The notes beneath the pieces are model-generated. The model did not search any database and had not been told where the DNA came from. It saw nothing but the letters and a program-made list of their open reading frames with translations. From positions 1 through 46,225 of the forward strand of contig JBJOKB010000042.1 of the NCBI GenBank assembly GCA_046046315.1: a stretch of DNA of 46,225 nt. The letters run 5' to 3'. Origin of the DNA: Actinomycetota bacterium (GTDB lineage: Bacteria > Actinomycetota > Actinomycetes > S36-B12 > UBA5976). The position numbers and the translations under genes were made by a program. The stretch's first letter is position 1; the number at the start of each line of letters is the position of its first letter. Positions 26,811 through 34,392 of this stretch are shown here, piece after piece.

Positions 26811-27572
26811 ATGGCTACAGCTCGCAATCAAATCGCTCAGCGCAATGCTGGTTACGCGCTTCATGTTTTTACTGCCAGTGGTGCAGTTTTTGGAATGCTT
26901 GCCTTGCAAGCAATCATTGATGGTCGAGTTAGAGATTCTTTAATTTGGTTAATTGTGTGCCAAATTCTTGACGGAATTGATGGACCCATTGCAAGAAAAT
27001 TAGACGTAGTGATTCATGCTCCATGGTTAAGTGGAGTTGTTCTAGATGAGATCGTTGATTATTTCACTTATGTAATTATTCCGGTGATGTTTTTGTTAAA
27101 CACAAACATGATGCCTGAACAATATGAAACTTTTGTTGCGGGAGCAATCCTTTTAACATGCGCTATTTGGTGGGCAAGAACAGATCATAAAACTGATGAT
27201 TCGTGGTTTGTTGGTTTTCCCTGCATGTGGAATTTAGTAGTTATAAGTTTCTTACTTCTAAAAACTCCACCTACTTGGGTAGTTGTAATTTCTTTAATTC
27301 TTTGCGTTTTGCAATTAACAAATATTAAATTTCCTCATCCAGTAAGAGTTACAGTATTAAGACCTATTTCAATTACTATTTCGATAGTTTATCTTTTGGC
27401 AATAACCGTCATGTCATTAAATTATTCAGAGCCTTTAGAGTCACCATCAATATTTACTAAAGTGCTTGTTTTAAGTTTGCCTGTATATACAGCAATTTTA
27501 GCTATTTGGAAAACATGGTTTGCCTCGAAGAAAACTGTTAGAACAAAGAAAAAAACTACCTCTCGTAAATAA
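26811..27572 (+). CDS. pcs: CDP-alcohol phosphatidyltransferase, phosphatidylcholine synthase (Pcs)-like
   Basis: HVFTASGAVFG, LDGIDGPIARK (D-G-x2-A-R core), DEIVDYFTYVIIP, GFPCMWNLVV and FPHPVRV. From memory these match rhizobial Pcs blocks rather than PgsA/PssA. About 8 TM segments. Confidence 0.6.
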   Translation: MATARNQIAQRNAGYALHVFTASGAVFGMLALQAIIDGRVRDSLIWLIVCQILDGIDGPIARKLDVVIHAPWLSGVVLDEIVDYFTYVIIPVMFLLNTNMMPEQYETFVAGAILLTCAIWWARTDHKTDDSWFVGFPCMWNLVVISFLLLKTPPTWVVVISLILCVLQLTNIKFPHPVRVTVLRPISITISIVYLLAITVMSLNYSEPLESPSIFTKVLVLSLPVYTAILAIWKTWFASKKTVRTKKKTTSRK

Positions 27573-27577
27573 TTAGT

Positions 27578-27781
27578 GTGAAAAAATTAAGTAGAACACT
27601 TGCTTACGTTTTTATTTCCATCACAATCTTTTTTATGATTTTGTTTAATTTAATTGGCTCAAAAGTTGATCAAAATGGTTTGTTACAAGAACCTTTTTAC
27701 TTGATTCCGTTAAGCTATACAACTTTTACACTAGGGATTATTTTTGCGATAATTTCTGTTCTAAAAAAGCAGAAAAACTAG
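27578..27781 (+). CDS. small two-TM membrane protein (unknown function)
   Basis: 67-aa ORF with a GTG start and two clear hydrophobic helices. Follows pcs after 5 nt. No family motif recognised. Confidence 0.4.
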   Translation: MKKLSRTLAYVFISITIFFMILFNLIGSKVDQNGLLQEPFYLIPLSYTTFTLGIIFAIISVLKKQKN

Positions 27782-28236
27782 ATTCCACCATCGCGACGTT
27801 GTTGCCAGCGTTCTTCAAGTCTTGACATCAATTTAGAATTTTTGGTTCGATTGCGTACTTTGGTAGGAGTTGGAGTTGCGGCAGCTACAGGTTCTTGAAG
27901 TCCGCGAGCAATAAAAACAAAACCAGTTAAAACCAAAAGGAACCCGGGTATTCCCACAATCACTGTTTTTGAAACAACAGAACCAAAAACAAGTGCCAAA
28001 CCTGAAACAAGAGCAAGTAAACCAAAAATCACATGACGGCGTTCCCCGGGAGCAATGGTTAAACCAGAGCGGCGAAGCGTGGAGGCAAACTTTGGATCTT
28101 CGGCATAAAGAGCTTTTTCCATTTGCTCAAGAAGCTTTTGTTCGCGATCTGAAAGCGCCACTGTTCTTTGTTCCCCACTCGTATATGAAGAGTATTTCCT
28201 ACTTTTAAGAATACGACTTTTAAACTTTCTAGCCAC
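27778..28236 (-). CDS. DUF3040-like membrane protein
   Basis: LSDREQKLLEQMEKALYAEDPKFAS followed by two TM helices, which is the typical actinobacterial DUF3040 layout. Confidence 0.6.
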   Translation of the reverse strand: MARKFKSRILKSRKYSSYTSGEQRTVALSDREQKLLEQMEKALYAEDPKFASTLRRSGLTIAPGERRHVIFGLLALVSGLALVFGSVVSKTVIVGIPGFLLVLTGFVFIARGLQEPVAAATPTPTKVRNRTKNSKLMSRLEERWQQRRDGGI

Positions 28237-28250
28237 ATTTGAGTGCGGTC

Positions 28251-29465
28251 TTAATCGATGAGTCGTGCCGGCTTTATGGCGTCATCGCCGAATCGGGCAC
28301 TGGCTTTATCGCTAGCCTTATCGATTTCACGCCATCCCTTCTCGTTTTCCCCCAGCAGTAGCTGTCGGGAGGCTGTTTGGGCTTGCTCAAGTTTTTCGAC
28401 TCTTACTCCCACCAACCGGACTCGAACGCGGTCCAGTTTTAGATTCTCAAAAAGTGTTTTAGTGATCGCATAGATATCTTTTGCAACATCGGTTGGATCC
28501 GAAATGGTTTTTGAACGAGAAATGGTGGAAAAGTTAGCAAATCTCACTTTCAACACAATGGTTCGTCCCACAAGTTCTGCAGCTCTTAACCGGGCGGCAA
28601 CTTTTTCACTTAGTCTTAGAATTTCTCTTAAAATATCTTCTGCTTCATCTAAATCCTTAGAAAAAGTTTCTTCGTTGCCAATACTTTTTTCAGGTTCATA
28701 AGGTTCAACATTTCTTTCATCTCGTCCCCAAGATAATTCATGTAAATGTTCAGCTAGGCCCTCTCCTAAAGCTCTGCTTAAAGTTTTTAGTGGCAAATTA
28801 GCAATATCGGCAACTTTATATAAACCTAAACGAGCTAAAACTTCTTCTGTTTTTCCTCCCACTCCCCAAAGTGCTCCAACTGGTAGTGGGTGTAAAAACC
28901 TAATTACTTCATCAGGTGAAACCACTAATAATCCATCAGGTTTAGCTCTAGTAGAAGCTAATTTGGCAATAAATTTTGTGGGAGCAATTCCAACCGAGCA
29001 AGTAATGTTTTCTTGAGCAAATACTTTGTCTCTTAGTTTTTGCCCTATTTCAGTAGGTGTGCCTAAAAGTTTTCTGGATCCTGAGACATCTAAGAATGCC
29101 TCATCGACACTTAATGGTTCAACTAAAGGAGTCATCGAATAATAAATATCTTGTAAACGATTTGATACTTCTTCATATTTTTCATGACTTGGTTCAATTA
29201 CTGTTGCTCCAGGGCATTTTCTTAATGCTTCAGTCATAGACATTGCCGCATGCACTCCAAATTTGCGAGCTTCATATGTTGCAGAAGTAACAACTCCTCT
29301 ACCTCCGCTATGGCCAACAATTACGGGAGTTCCTCTTAATTCAGGTCGATCTTTTAATTCCACTGAAGCGAAAAATGCATCCATATCAACATGCAAAATA
29401 TTTGAATTTGAATCATCACCTGTTAGTTCAATATGGGGAAGTTTTAAAATTTGGCGATGCGTCAT
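28251..29465 (-). CDS. dinB: Y-family DNA polymerase IV (catalytically intact)
   Basis: Catalytic motifs DMDAFFASVE and SVDEAFLDVSG are present. Contains RQLLLG, which resembles the E. coli Pol IV clamp motif QLVLGL. Its start overlaps the dnaE2 stop (ATGA). Confidence 0.9.
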   Translation of the reverse strand: MTHRQILKLPHIELTGDDSNSNILHVDMDAFFASVELKDRPELRGTPVIVGHSGGRGVVTSATYEARKFGVHAAMSMTEALRKCPGATVIEPSHEKYEEVSNRLQDIYYSMTPLVEPLSVDEAFLDVSGSRKLLGTPTEIGQKLRDKVFAQENITCSVGIAPTKFIAKLASTRAKPDGLLVVSPDEVIRFLHPLPVGALWGVGGKTEEVLARLGLYKVADIANLPLKTLSRALGEGLAEHLHELSWGRDERNVEPYEPEKSIGNEETFSKDLDEAEDILREILRLSEKVAARLRAAELVGRTIVLKVRFANFSTISRSKTISDPTDVAKDIYAITKTLFENLKLDRVRVRLVGVRVEKLEQAQTASRQLLLGENEKGWREIDKASDKASARFGDDAIKPARLID

Positions 29466-32400
29466 AGTTCAATCATCTCGCTTTTGTTAGTTATCAAAGT
29501 TCTTCTCCCCACAGACATGCCGCCTGCTTTTGCCCGGTAAGAATTTGGCTTGGCGCCAGGACTTAATTCAATTACTTTTTTAACTTCATTAATTCCTTTT
29601 TGTTGAAAAATTGTAAACATTTCACCTAGGTCCCAACAACCAGTTGCTCTTACCGAAACTCCCCTAGGCCCAGTTCTTCTTAAAATCCCTCGTACTAAAA
29701 GTAGAACTGAGTTATAAACAGTCGAGGCGTAATAACTTTGCATATCTTCAAAAAAAGCGGCATCACTTGGCCCAGTGGGATCATCAATAGTTAGAAAAAT
29801 AACTCTTTTGCCGCTTCGAACCGGTGGAGTTTGGGTAGTAACTTTTACTCCAGCTACTAATACTTCTTTTCCTCCCGTTAAAGAAACTAATGATTTAGCA
29901 GGAGTTACTCCTAAAGCTTTAAAAAATGGGATATAGGAATTAACTAAATGACTACTGGCATCAAGTCCTAATACTTGCAATTCGTTAATAATATTTTCAC
30001 TCTTTGTAAAATCTGGTAAACCTGAAGAAATATTTTCTGGTGTAGTGGAAACATCTAAAATCATTTGATTACTAATTACTCCTAAGTTATGTTCTAAATC
30101 AGATAACTGCAGCAATAAATCTCTTCTATTTAATTGACTTGGTAGTAAGGAATCAAATCCGCCAGCCAAAATAATGTTTTCCGTAACATCTTTAGAAACT
30201 TGCGCTCTCTGCCAAAAATCAGCTAGTGAAGTAAAGGGTCTGTTTTCTACAATTCTTTCCATCTCCGCACTACTAATTGATCTCACATCTTGTAGGGATA
30301 GTCGGATACCGTATCTATCTTCATTTTTTTCTACTCGGTAACACTGATCTGATTTGTTAACATCAAGACCAAGTAAGGCAATACCAAAGTTTTTAGCATC
30401 ATTTGCAATTAATCTTTTGGGATACATTCCTGGATCATGAGTTAATACTCCAGCTAAAAAGGCTGCCGTGTGATGGGTTTTTAGCCAAGCTGATTGATAA
30501 GTAGGAAGTGCAAAGGCACCAGCGTGTGCTTTACAAAAACCAAAGGATGCAAAAGCTTTGAGTATTTCCCAAATATGTTTAATTAATTCATGAGAATATT
30601 TCAATTTTTGCGCAGATTTAATGAACCATTCTTCAACTTCAAGTTGACCTTCAAAAGATCCCATAGCGCGACGCTTTTCATCTCCCAGCGCTAAAGAACA
30701 ACCAGTCATGACACTTATCAGTTTTATGACTTGTTCATGGAAAACCACCACTCCACTTGTTTCTTGCACAATAGGATCAATTTTTTCGTGTAATACAGGA
30801 AGAGCTTTTCTGCCTTGTCTTACTTCTAGAAAAGGTGTGATCATGTCAGATTTAACTGGACCTGGCCTAAATAAAGAAATATCAATTATTAGATCATTAA
30901 AGTTTTGTGGACCAAATTTGCCAATTAGTTCTCTTTGCCCGGGAGACTCTATTTGAAAGCAACCTAGTGTTTTAGTTGATTGAATTAGCTTATAAGTCTT
31001 TTCATCTGCTAAAGAGATTTCATCAAGGTTAATGTCTATTTTGTCTACTCGTTTTATTTCTTGCAAACTATAAGCCATGGCAGATTGCATTCTTATCCCT
31101 AAAACATCAAGCTTAAGAAAACCCATTAATTCCACATCATCTTTATCAAATTGGCTCATAGGAAACTTTGCTCCACTTGATTCAACTGGAGTTCGATCCA
31201 AAAGTGTTTTATCCGACAAAATAACTCCACAAGGATGCATTGCTAAATGTCTTGGTAAACCATCTAGTTTTTCAACTAAGTCAAGATATAAATCAAGGTT
31301 TCCTTCACTCATTAAACGAGTAAAAGATGATTTTTTTAACTCTGGTAATTGGCTTAAAACTTCCCTAGCTCTTCTAGCGCTTACTCGTGGAAATGTTTTA
31401 GCAAAAGCATCAATTTCTCCTGGAGGTAAACCAAGTGCTGCACCAACATCTCTAACCGCATGTCTTACTCGATAAGTTTCGCGCATTGAAATGCAAACCA
31501 CACGGTCTTTACCAAATCTTTCATAAATTGCATCATAAATATCTAATCTTCGGTCTGATTCCACATCAATATCAATATCTGGCAATGCAGTTCTTAAAGG
31601 AGATAAAAATCTTTCCATTATTAGTCCGTATTTAACTGGATCAAGACCTGATATTCCTAAAGTGAAATTAACTAGACTTCCAGCTCCAGATCCTCTAGCT
31701 GCAACTCGAATTCCCATTTGTTTAGTTAAATCAACAACTTCACCTACAGTTAAGAAATATCCAGCAAACCCTAATTGCCTAATAACATCTAATTCTTGAC
31801 TTAATCTTTCCTGATATTCAAGTTTGTATCCAAGCCCTAATTTTGTTAAACCAGATTGACATTTGTCTACTAATACTTTCATAGGTTCTAAACTATTTTT
31901 TCCTAAAATAACATCAGTTTCAGGAACGCTTACAGAACCAATTCCAATATCTTTAACAGGATCTAAGCTACATTCTTCTGCAATTTGCTCGGTAAATTTT
32001 AATAACAACAAAGCAGTTTCAGGACTACTTAAATGTTTTCCAATATTGTAAGCAACCTGTGACATATCGGCACTAGATTTTAAATAAGCAGATCCCCTAA
32101 AGCCTTTTACTTGTTCAAATCTCATTTGTTTTTTTGTTTCAACTGAATCAAGTAATTCAGCCATAATTGCATCTTCGGGGTTAAGGTATCTGACAGCATT
32201 TGTTAGAACTGCTCTTAAACGATTATCTTTAGCAAAAGTTGCCATTTTACTAGCTGTGCTTAGTGAGTATTTAGGATCAGTTACTTTATGAGAATTTGGA
32301 TGAGCAGTTACTTCAATTACTACATCATTTCTATCAACATGACTTAACCAGTTTTGTAAGAAACTATTTGCTAAATCAATTCTGTTTCGTATTACACTTT

Positions 32401-32794
32401 GCCCAATTTCAGAATTAATTCCCAGTATTGCTACTAGATTTCCTTGCTGCATCTTTTCCCACAACAAAGACACATCTAAAACAGGTTTACCTCGCTCTTT
32501 TTGGTGAGCGCTGCTTACTAATCGACATAAATCTCTCCAACCATTTTTCCCGCGAGCAAGCACCAAGACTCTTGATTTACCTAAATTGAAATTAACTCCA
32601 ACAATTGGGGCTATGCCATTGATCATGCAGTTGTGGACAAAATTAATTGCCCCCGACATAGTGTCTTGATCGGTTAGTGCAAGTTTGAAAAAGTTATGAA
32701 ATGAAGCTTTCGCAACTATTTTTTCAGGCACGGCTGTGCCATAGCGAAGTGAATAGGCAGAAGAAACATTTAAGTGCGTAAAACTTTGTTGCAA
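29462..32794 (-). CDS. dnaE2: error-prone C-family DNA polymerase alpha subunit, DnaE2-like
   Basis: 1110 aa with a TTG start. Polymerase aspartates are in PDIDIDVES and LKLDVLGI. The DnaE2-like helix reads FGFCKAHAGAFALPTYQSAWLKTHHTAAFLAGVL. N-terminal PHP ligands are degenerate (HLNVSSAYS, LTDQDT). Confidence 0.78.
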   Translation of the reverse strand: MQQSFTHLNVSSAYSLRYGTAVPEKIVAKASFHNFFKLALTDQDTMSGAINFVHNCMINGIAPIVGVNFNLGKSRVLVLARGKNGWRDLCRLVSSAHQKERGKPVLDVSLLWEKMQQGNLVAILGINSEIGQSVIRNRIDLANSFLQNWLSHVDRNDVVIEVTAHPNSHKVTDPKYSLSTASKMATFAKDNRLRAVLTNAVRYLNPEDAIMAELLDSVETKKQMRFEQVKGFRGSAYLKSSADMSQVAYNIGKHLSSPETALLLLKFTEQIAEECSLDPVKDIGIGSVSVPETDVILGKNSLEPMKVLVDKCQSGLTKLGLGYKLEYQERLSQELDVIRQLGFAGYFLTVGEVVDLTKQMGIRVAARGSGAGSLVNFTLGISGLDPVKYGLIMERFLSPLRTALPDIDIDVESDRRLDIYDAIYERFGKDRVVCISMRETYRVRHAVRDVGAALGLPPGEIDAFAKTFPRVSARRAREVLSQLPELKKSSFTRLMSEGNLDLYLDLVEKLDGLPRHLAMHPCGVILSDKTLLDRTPVESSGAKFPMSQFDKDDVELMGFLKLDVLGIRMQSAMAYSLQEIKRVDKIDINLDEISLADEKTYKLIQSTKTLGCFQIESPGQRELIGKFGPQNFNDLIIDISLFRPGPVKSDMITPFLEVRQGRKALPVLHEKIDPIVQETSGVVVFHEQVIKLISVMTGCSLALGDEKRRAMGSFEGQLEVEEWFIKSAQKLKYSHELIKHIWEILKAFASFGFCKAHAGAFALPTYQSAWLKTHHTAAFLAGVLTHDPGMYPKRLIANDAKNFGIALLGLDVNKSDQCYRVEKNEDRYGIRLSLQDVRSISSAEMERIVENRPFTSLADFWQRAQVSKDVTENIILAGGFDSLLPSQLNRRDLLLQLSDLEHNLGVISNQMILDVSTTPENISSGLPDFTKSENIINELQVLGLDASSHLVNSYIPFFKALGVTPAKSLVSLTGGKEVLVAGVKVTTQTPPVRSGKRVIFLTIDDPTGPSDAAFFEDMQSYYASTVYNSVLLLVRGILRRTGPRGVSVRATGCWDLGEMFTIFQQKGINEVKKVIELSPGAKPNSYRAKAGGMSVGRRTLITNKSEMIEL

Positions 32795-32849
32795 AATAGA
32801 CTTATCCTCTTTTTAAATTAAGTCGGAGGAAGACGACTTTTACTTAGGA

Positions 32850-32907
32850 CGTTTGACTCTCTCGAGAAAAAAGCTTCCCCGCATGTTTTCTGCGAAAGAG
32901 TCAAACG
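32850..32907 (-). promoter_or_regulatory. leader hairpin A upstream of dnaE2
   Basis: CGTTTGACTCT (32850-60) pairs with AGAGTCAAACG (32897-907). The stem extends through TCG/CGA and AGAAAA/TTTTCT with one bulge, about 20 bp in total. Confidence 0.6.
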
Positions 32908-32915
32908 ATGGGTTT

Positions 32916-32975
32916 TTCATTTGATGCCAAATGGCGATTAAAGGGGTGTAAATCGCCATTTGAATCAAAAATGAA
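32916..32975 (-). promoter_or_regulatory. leader hairpin B upstream of dnaE2
   Basis: CAAATGGCGATT (32928-39) pairs with AATCGCCATTTG (32951-62) around an 11-nt loop. The stem extends through TTTGA/TCAAA (32920-24 with 32965-69) and TTCA/TGAA (32916-19 with 32972-75). Confidence 0.6.
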
Positions 32976-33014
32976 GAGGGGTCATTCAGGGGAAAACGCC
33001 CTTTTCTTCACTAT

Positions 33015-33030
33015 CCGAACACCTGTTCGA
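33015..33030. promoter_or_regulatory. LexA (SOS) box candidate
   Basis: CCGAACacctGTTCGA matches the actinobacterial consensus TCGAAC-N4-GTTCGA at 11 of 12 defined positions. It lies in the divergent dnaE2/ybaK intergenic region. Confidence 0.65.
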
Positions 33031-33038
33031 ATAAACCT

Positions 33039-33062
33039 AAGTTAATCACCTTCCACTGACAA
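33039..33062 (-). promoter_or_regulatory. RecA-NDp / PafBC-type DNA-damage promoter candidate directed toward dnaE2
   Basis: The minus strand reads TTGTCAGTG-gaaggtgat-TAACTT. The mycobacterial RecA-independent promoter motif, as I recall it, is tTGTCRgtg-N8-TAnnnT; the spacer here is 9 nt. The LexA box starts 9 nt downstream of the -10. Confidence 0.5.
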
Positions 33063-33097
33063 AGGTCAACCATGGGGTGAGTGCGTAGCCTTGAGGG

Positions 33098-33583
33098 ATG
33101 AGCCAGAGCGAGCATCCATCAGTGACCAAGTTTCGAAAAGCAGCAGCAGATCTTGGGGTTAAAGGTGAAGTGATCCAAACCCAAGAAACTGCTCGAACTG
33201 CTGATGAAGCAGCAGCGACTTTAGGAGTTCAAGTCGGCCAAATTGTTAAGTCTTTAGTGTTTGAAGCAGATGGAGAAACTGTTTTAGTTCTCACCTCTGG
33301 GGAAAACAAAGTAGATACCAACAAAGTTGCTTTAGCTTTTAATGTTTCCAAAGTTGGCAAAGCAGATGCTGATAAAACTCGTGAAGTTACCGGTTATGCC
33401 ATTGGTGGCGTTCCACCTCTTGGGCATGTAACAAAGATGAAGATCTTGATTGATAAGACTTTTGAGAAGTTTGATGAAATTTGGGCAGCAGCAGGTCATC
33501 CCCATTTTGTATTTCCCACCACTTATGAAGAATTAATAAGACTAAGTGGAGCAATACCAACTGATGTGGCTTTAAAGGGTTAA
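33098..33583 (+). CDS. YbaK/EbsC-family aminoacyl-tRNA deacylase-like protein
   Basis: 161 aa with KSLVF...VLVLTSG...V....V and GYAIGGVPPLGH blocks typical of YbaK/ProX editing domains. Good RBS (GAGGGA). Confidence 0.72.
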   Translation: MSQSEHPSVTKFRKAAADLGVKGEVIQTQETARTADEAAATLGVQVGQIVKSLVFEADGETVLVLTSGENKVDTNKVALAFNVSKVGKADADKTREVTGYAIGGVPPLGHVTKMKILIDKTFEKFDEIWAAAGHPHFVFPTTYEELIRLSGAIPTDVALKG

Positions 33584-33597
33584 AGGACAATAAACAC

Positions 33598-34392
33598 ATG
33601 AGTATTCGCGTTTACCGAGGACCTCACCGTGAATTTGGTGGACCAGCAACTGGAATTAAATCTATTCCTTGGGTTTCTTTTGCAATAGGAGTTCTTGGAA
33701 CAGTTCTCTGGCCAGTTTTTCCTACAGATAGAAAAGATTCATTAACTTTCTTTATAGTTTTTTTACTCTTTATAGCTACAACATCTCATGCTTTTATTTG
33801 GTGGGGAATTGCATGGGCTGCCACATTTATGGTGGTTTCATTAGGTATTAGCTTTTCTGTGTTAGCGATAAATTCGGCAACAGGTTTAATATTTGGAGAC
33901 ATTAGTTACACCTACCGACTTGGTTTTCAATTACTTTTTGTTCCTTTTGTGACTCCATTAATTTGGAGTTCAGCAATTTATTTAGGAATAGTTATCTCTC
34001 GAAGAATTTCTCGGGCAATAGCAATGTCTCCCCTAATGGCTGCTCTTGCAACAACAGGATTATTGACTGCACTTGATAGTTTATTTGTTAAAGCAGGTTT
34101 TCACAGTTGGCTAACCTGGATAGATAAACCAGCAATACTTGGTTTATCGCCTTTAAAAGCACAATTTATGACTTTTGTAGTTGTTTTAATAATCATGTTA
34201 CTTAGTGCCCAAAACTCAAAAAATGATCGCTACTCAACTCGTATGCCAATCTTTGCTTATTCTTGGATTTTAATTTTTACAATTTTTAGTGCTTATTTTC
34301 TTGCCGACAATTTAGCAAATTTTCTAATTCCAATTTTAGTTATGGTTTATATCATTAGTGCATTTATTTATAAAACGATCAAAGGCAATTAA
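33598..34392 (+). CDS. polytopic membrane protein resembling the carotenoid biosynthesis protein family (DUF422/CruF-like hydratase)
   Basis: About 7 TM helices. The block TGLIFGDISYTYRLGFQLLFVPFVTPLIWSS resembles the G-x-x-FG-x-Y-x-Y...VP...W core I recall for DUF422. Directly precedes the GT2-crtE-crtI-crtB genes. Confidence 0.45.
   Translation: MSIRVYRGPHREFGGPATGIKSIPWVSFAIGVLGTVLWPVFPTDRKDSLTFFIVFLLFIATTSHAFIWWGIAWAATFMVVSLGISFSVLAINSATGLIFGDISYTYRLGFQLLFVPFVTPLIWSSAIYLGIVISRRISRAIAMSPLMAALATTGLLTALDSLFVKAGFHSWLTWIDKPAILGLSPLKAQFMTFVVVLIIMLLSAQNSKNDRYSTRMPIFAYSWILIFTIFSAYFLADNLANFLIPILVMVYIISAFIYKTIKGN

Noticed and set aside
26583-26943. Three short ORFs (26583-26801 +, 26661-26909 -, 26758-26943 +) in the mraZ upstream region
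   Set aside because: They overlap one another and the start of pcs. Their proline- or glycine-rich translations simply reflect the C/G runs of the putative MraZ operator and promoter region, and they have no RBS or motif support.
28251-29465. Possibility that the Y-family gene next to dnaE2 is ImuB
   Set aside because: ImuB proteins lack the catalytic acidic residues and sit upstream of dnaE2. This protein retains DMDAFFASVE and SVDEAFLD and lies downstream, so it is called DinB. The unusual arrangement is reported as a finding instead.
32820-32845. Small hairpin AAGTCG-N8-CGACTT followed by TTT, a possible intrinsic terminator
   Set aside because: The stem is only 6 bp with a weak T-tract, and no plus-strand gene ends upstream of it. 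On the minus strand it sits between the leader and the dnaE2 RBS, so it was treated as part of the leader structure.
32820-32947. 39-codon minus-strand ORF (MAIYTPLIAIWHQMKNPSFDSFAENMRGSFFLERVKRPK) inside the dnaE2 leader. A 44-codon plus-strand ORF starts at 32908.
   Set aside because: Neither has a convincing Shine-Dalgarno sequence. Both run straight through the arms of the two long hairpins, so the open frames are probably incidental to the RNA/DNA structure. They cannot be excluded as leader peptides without ribosome profiling.
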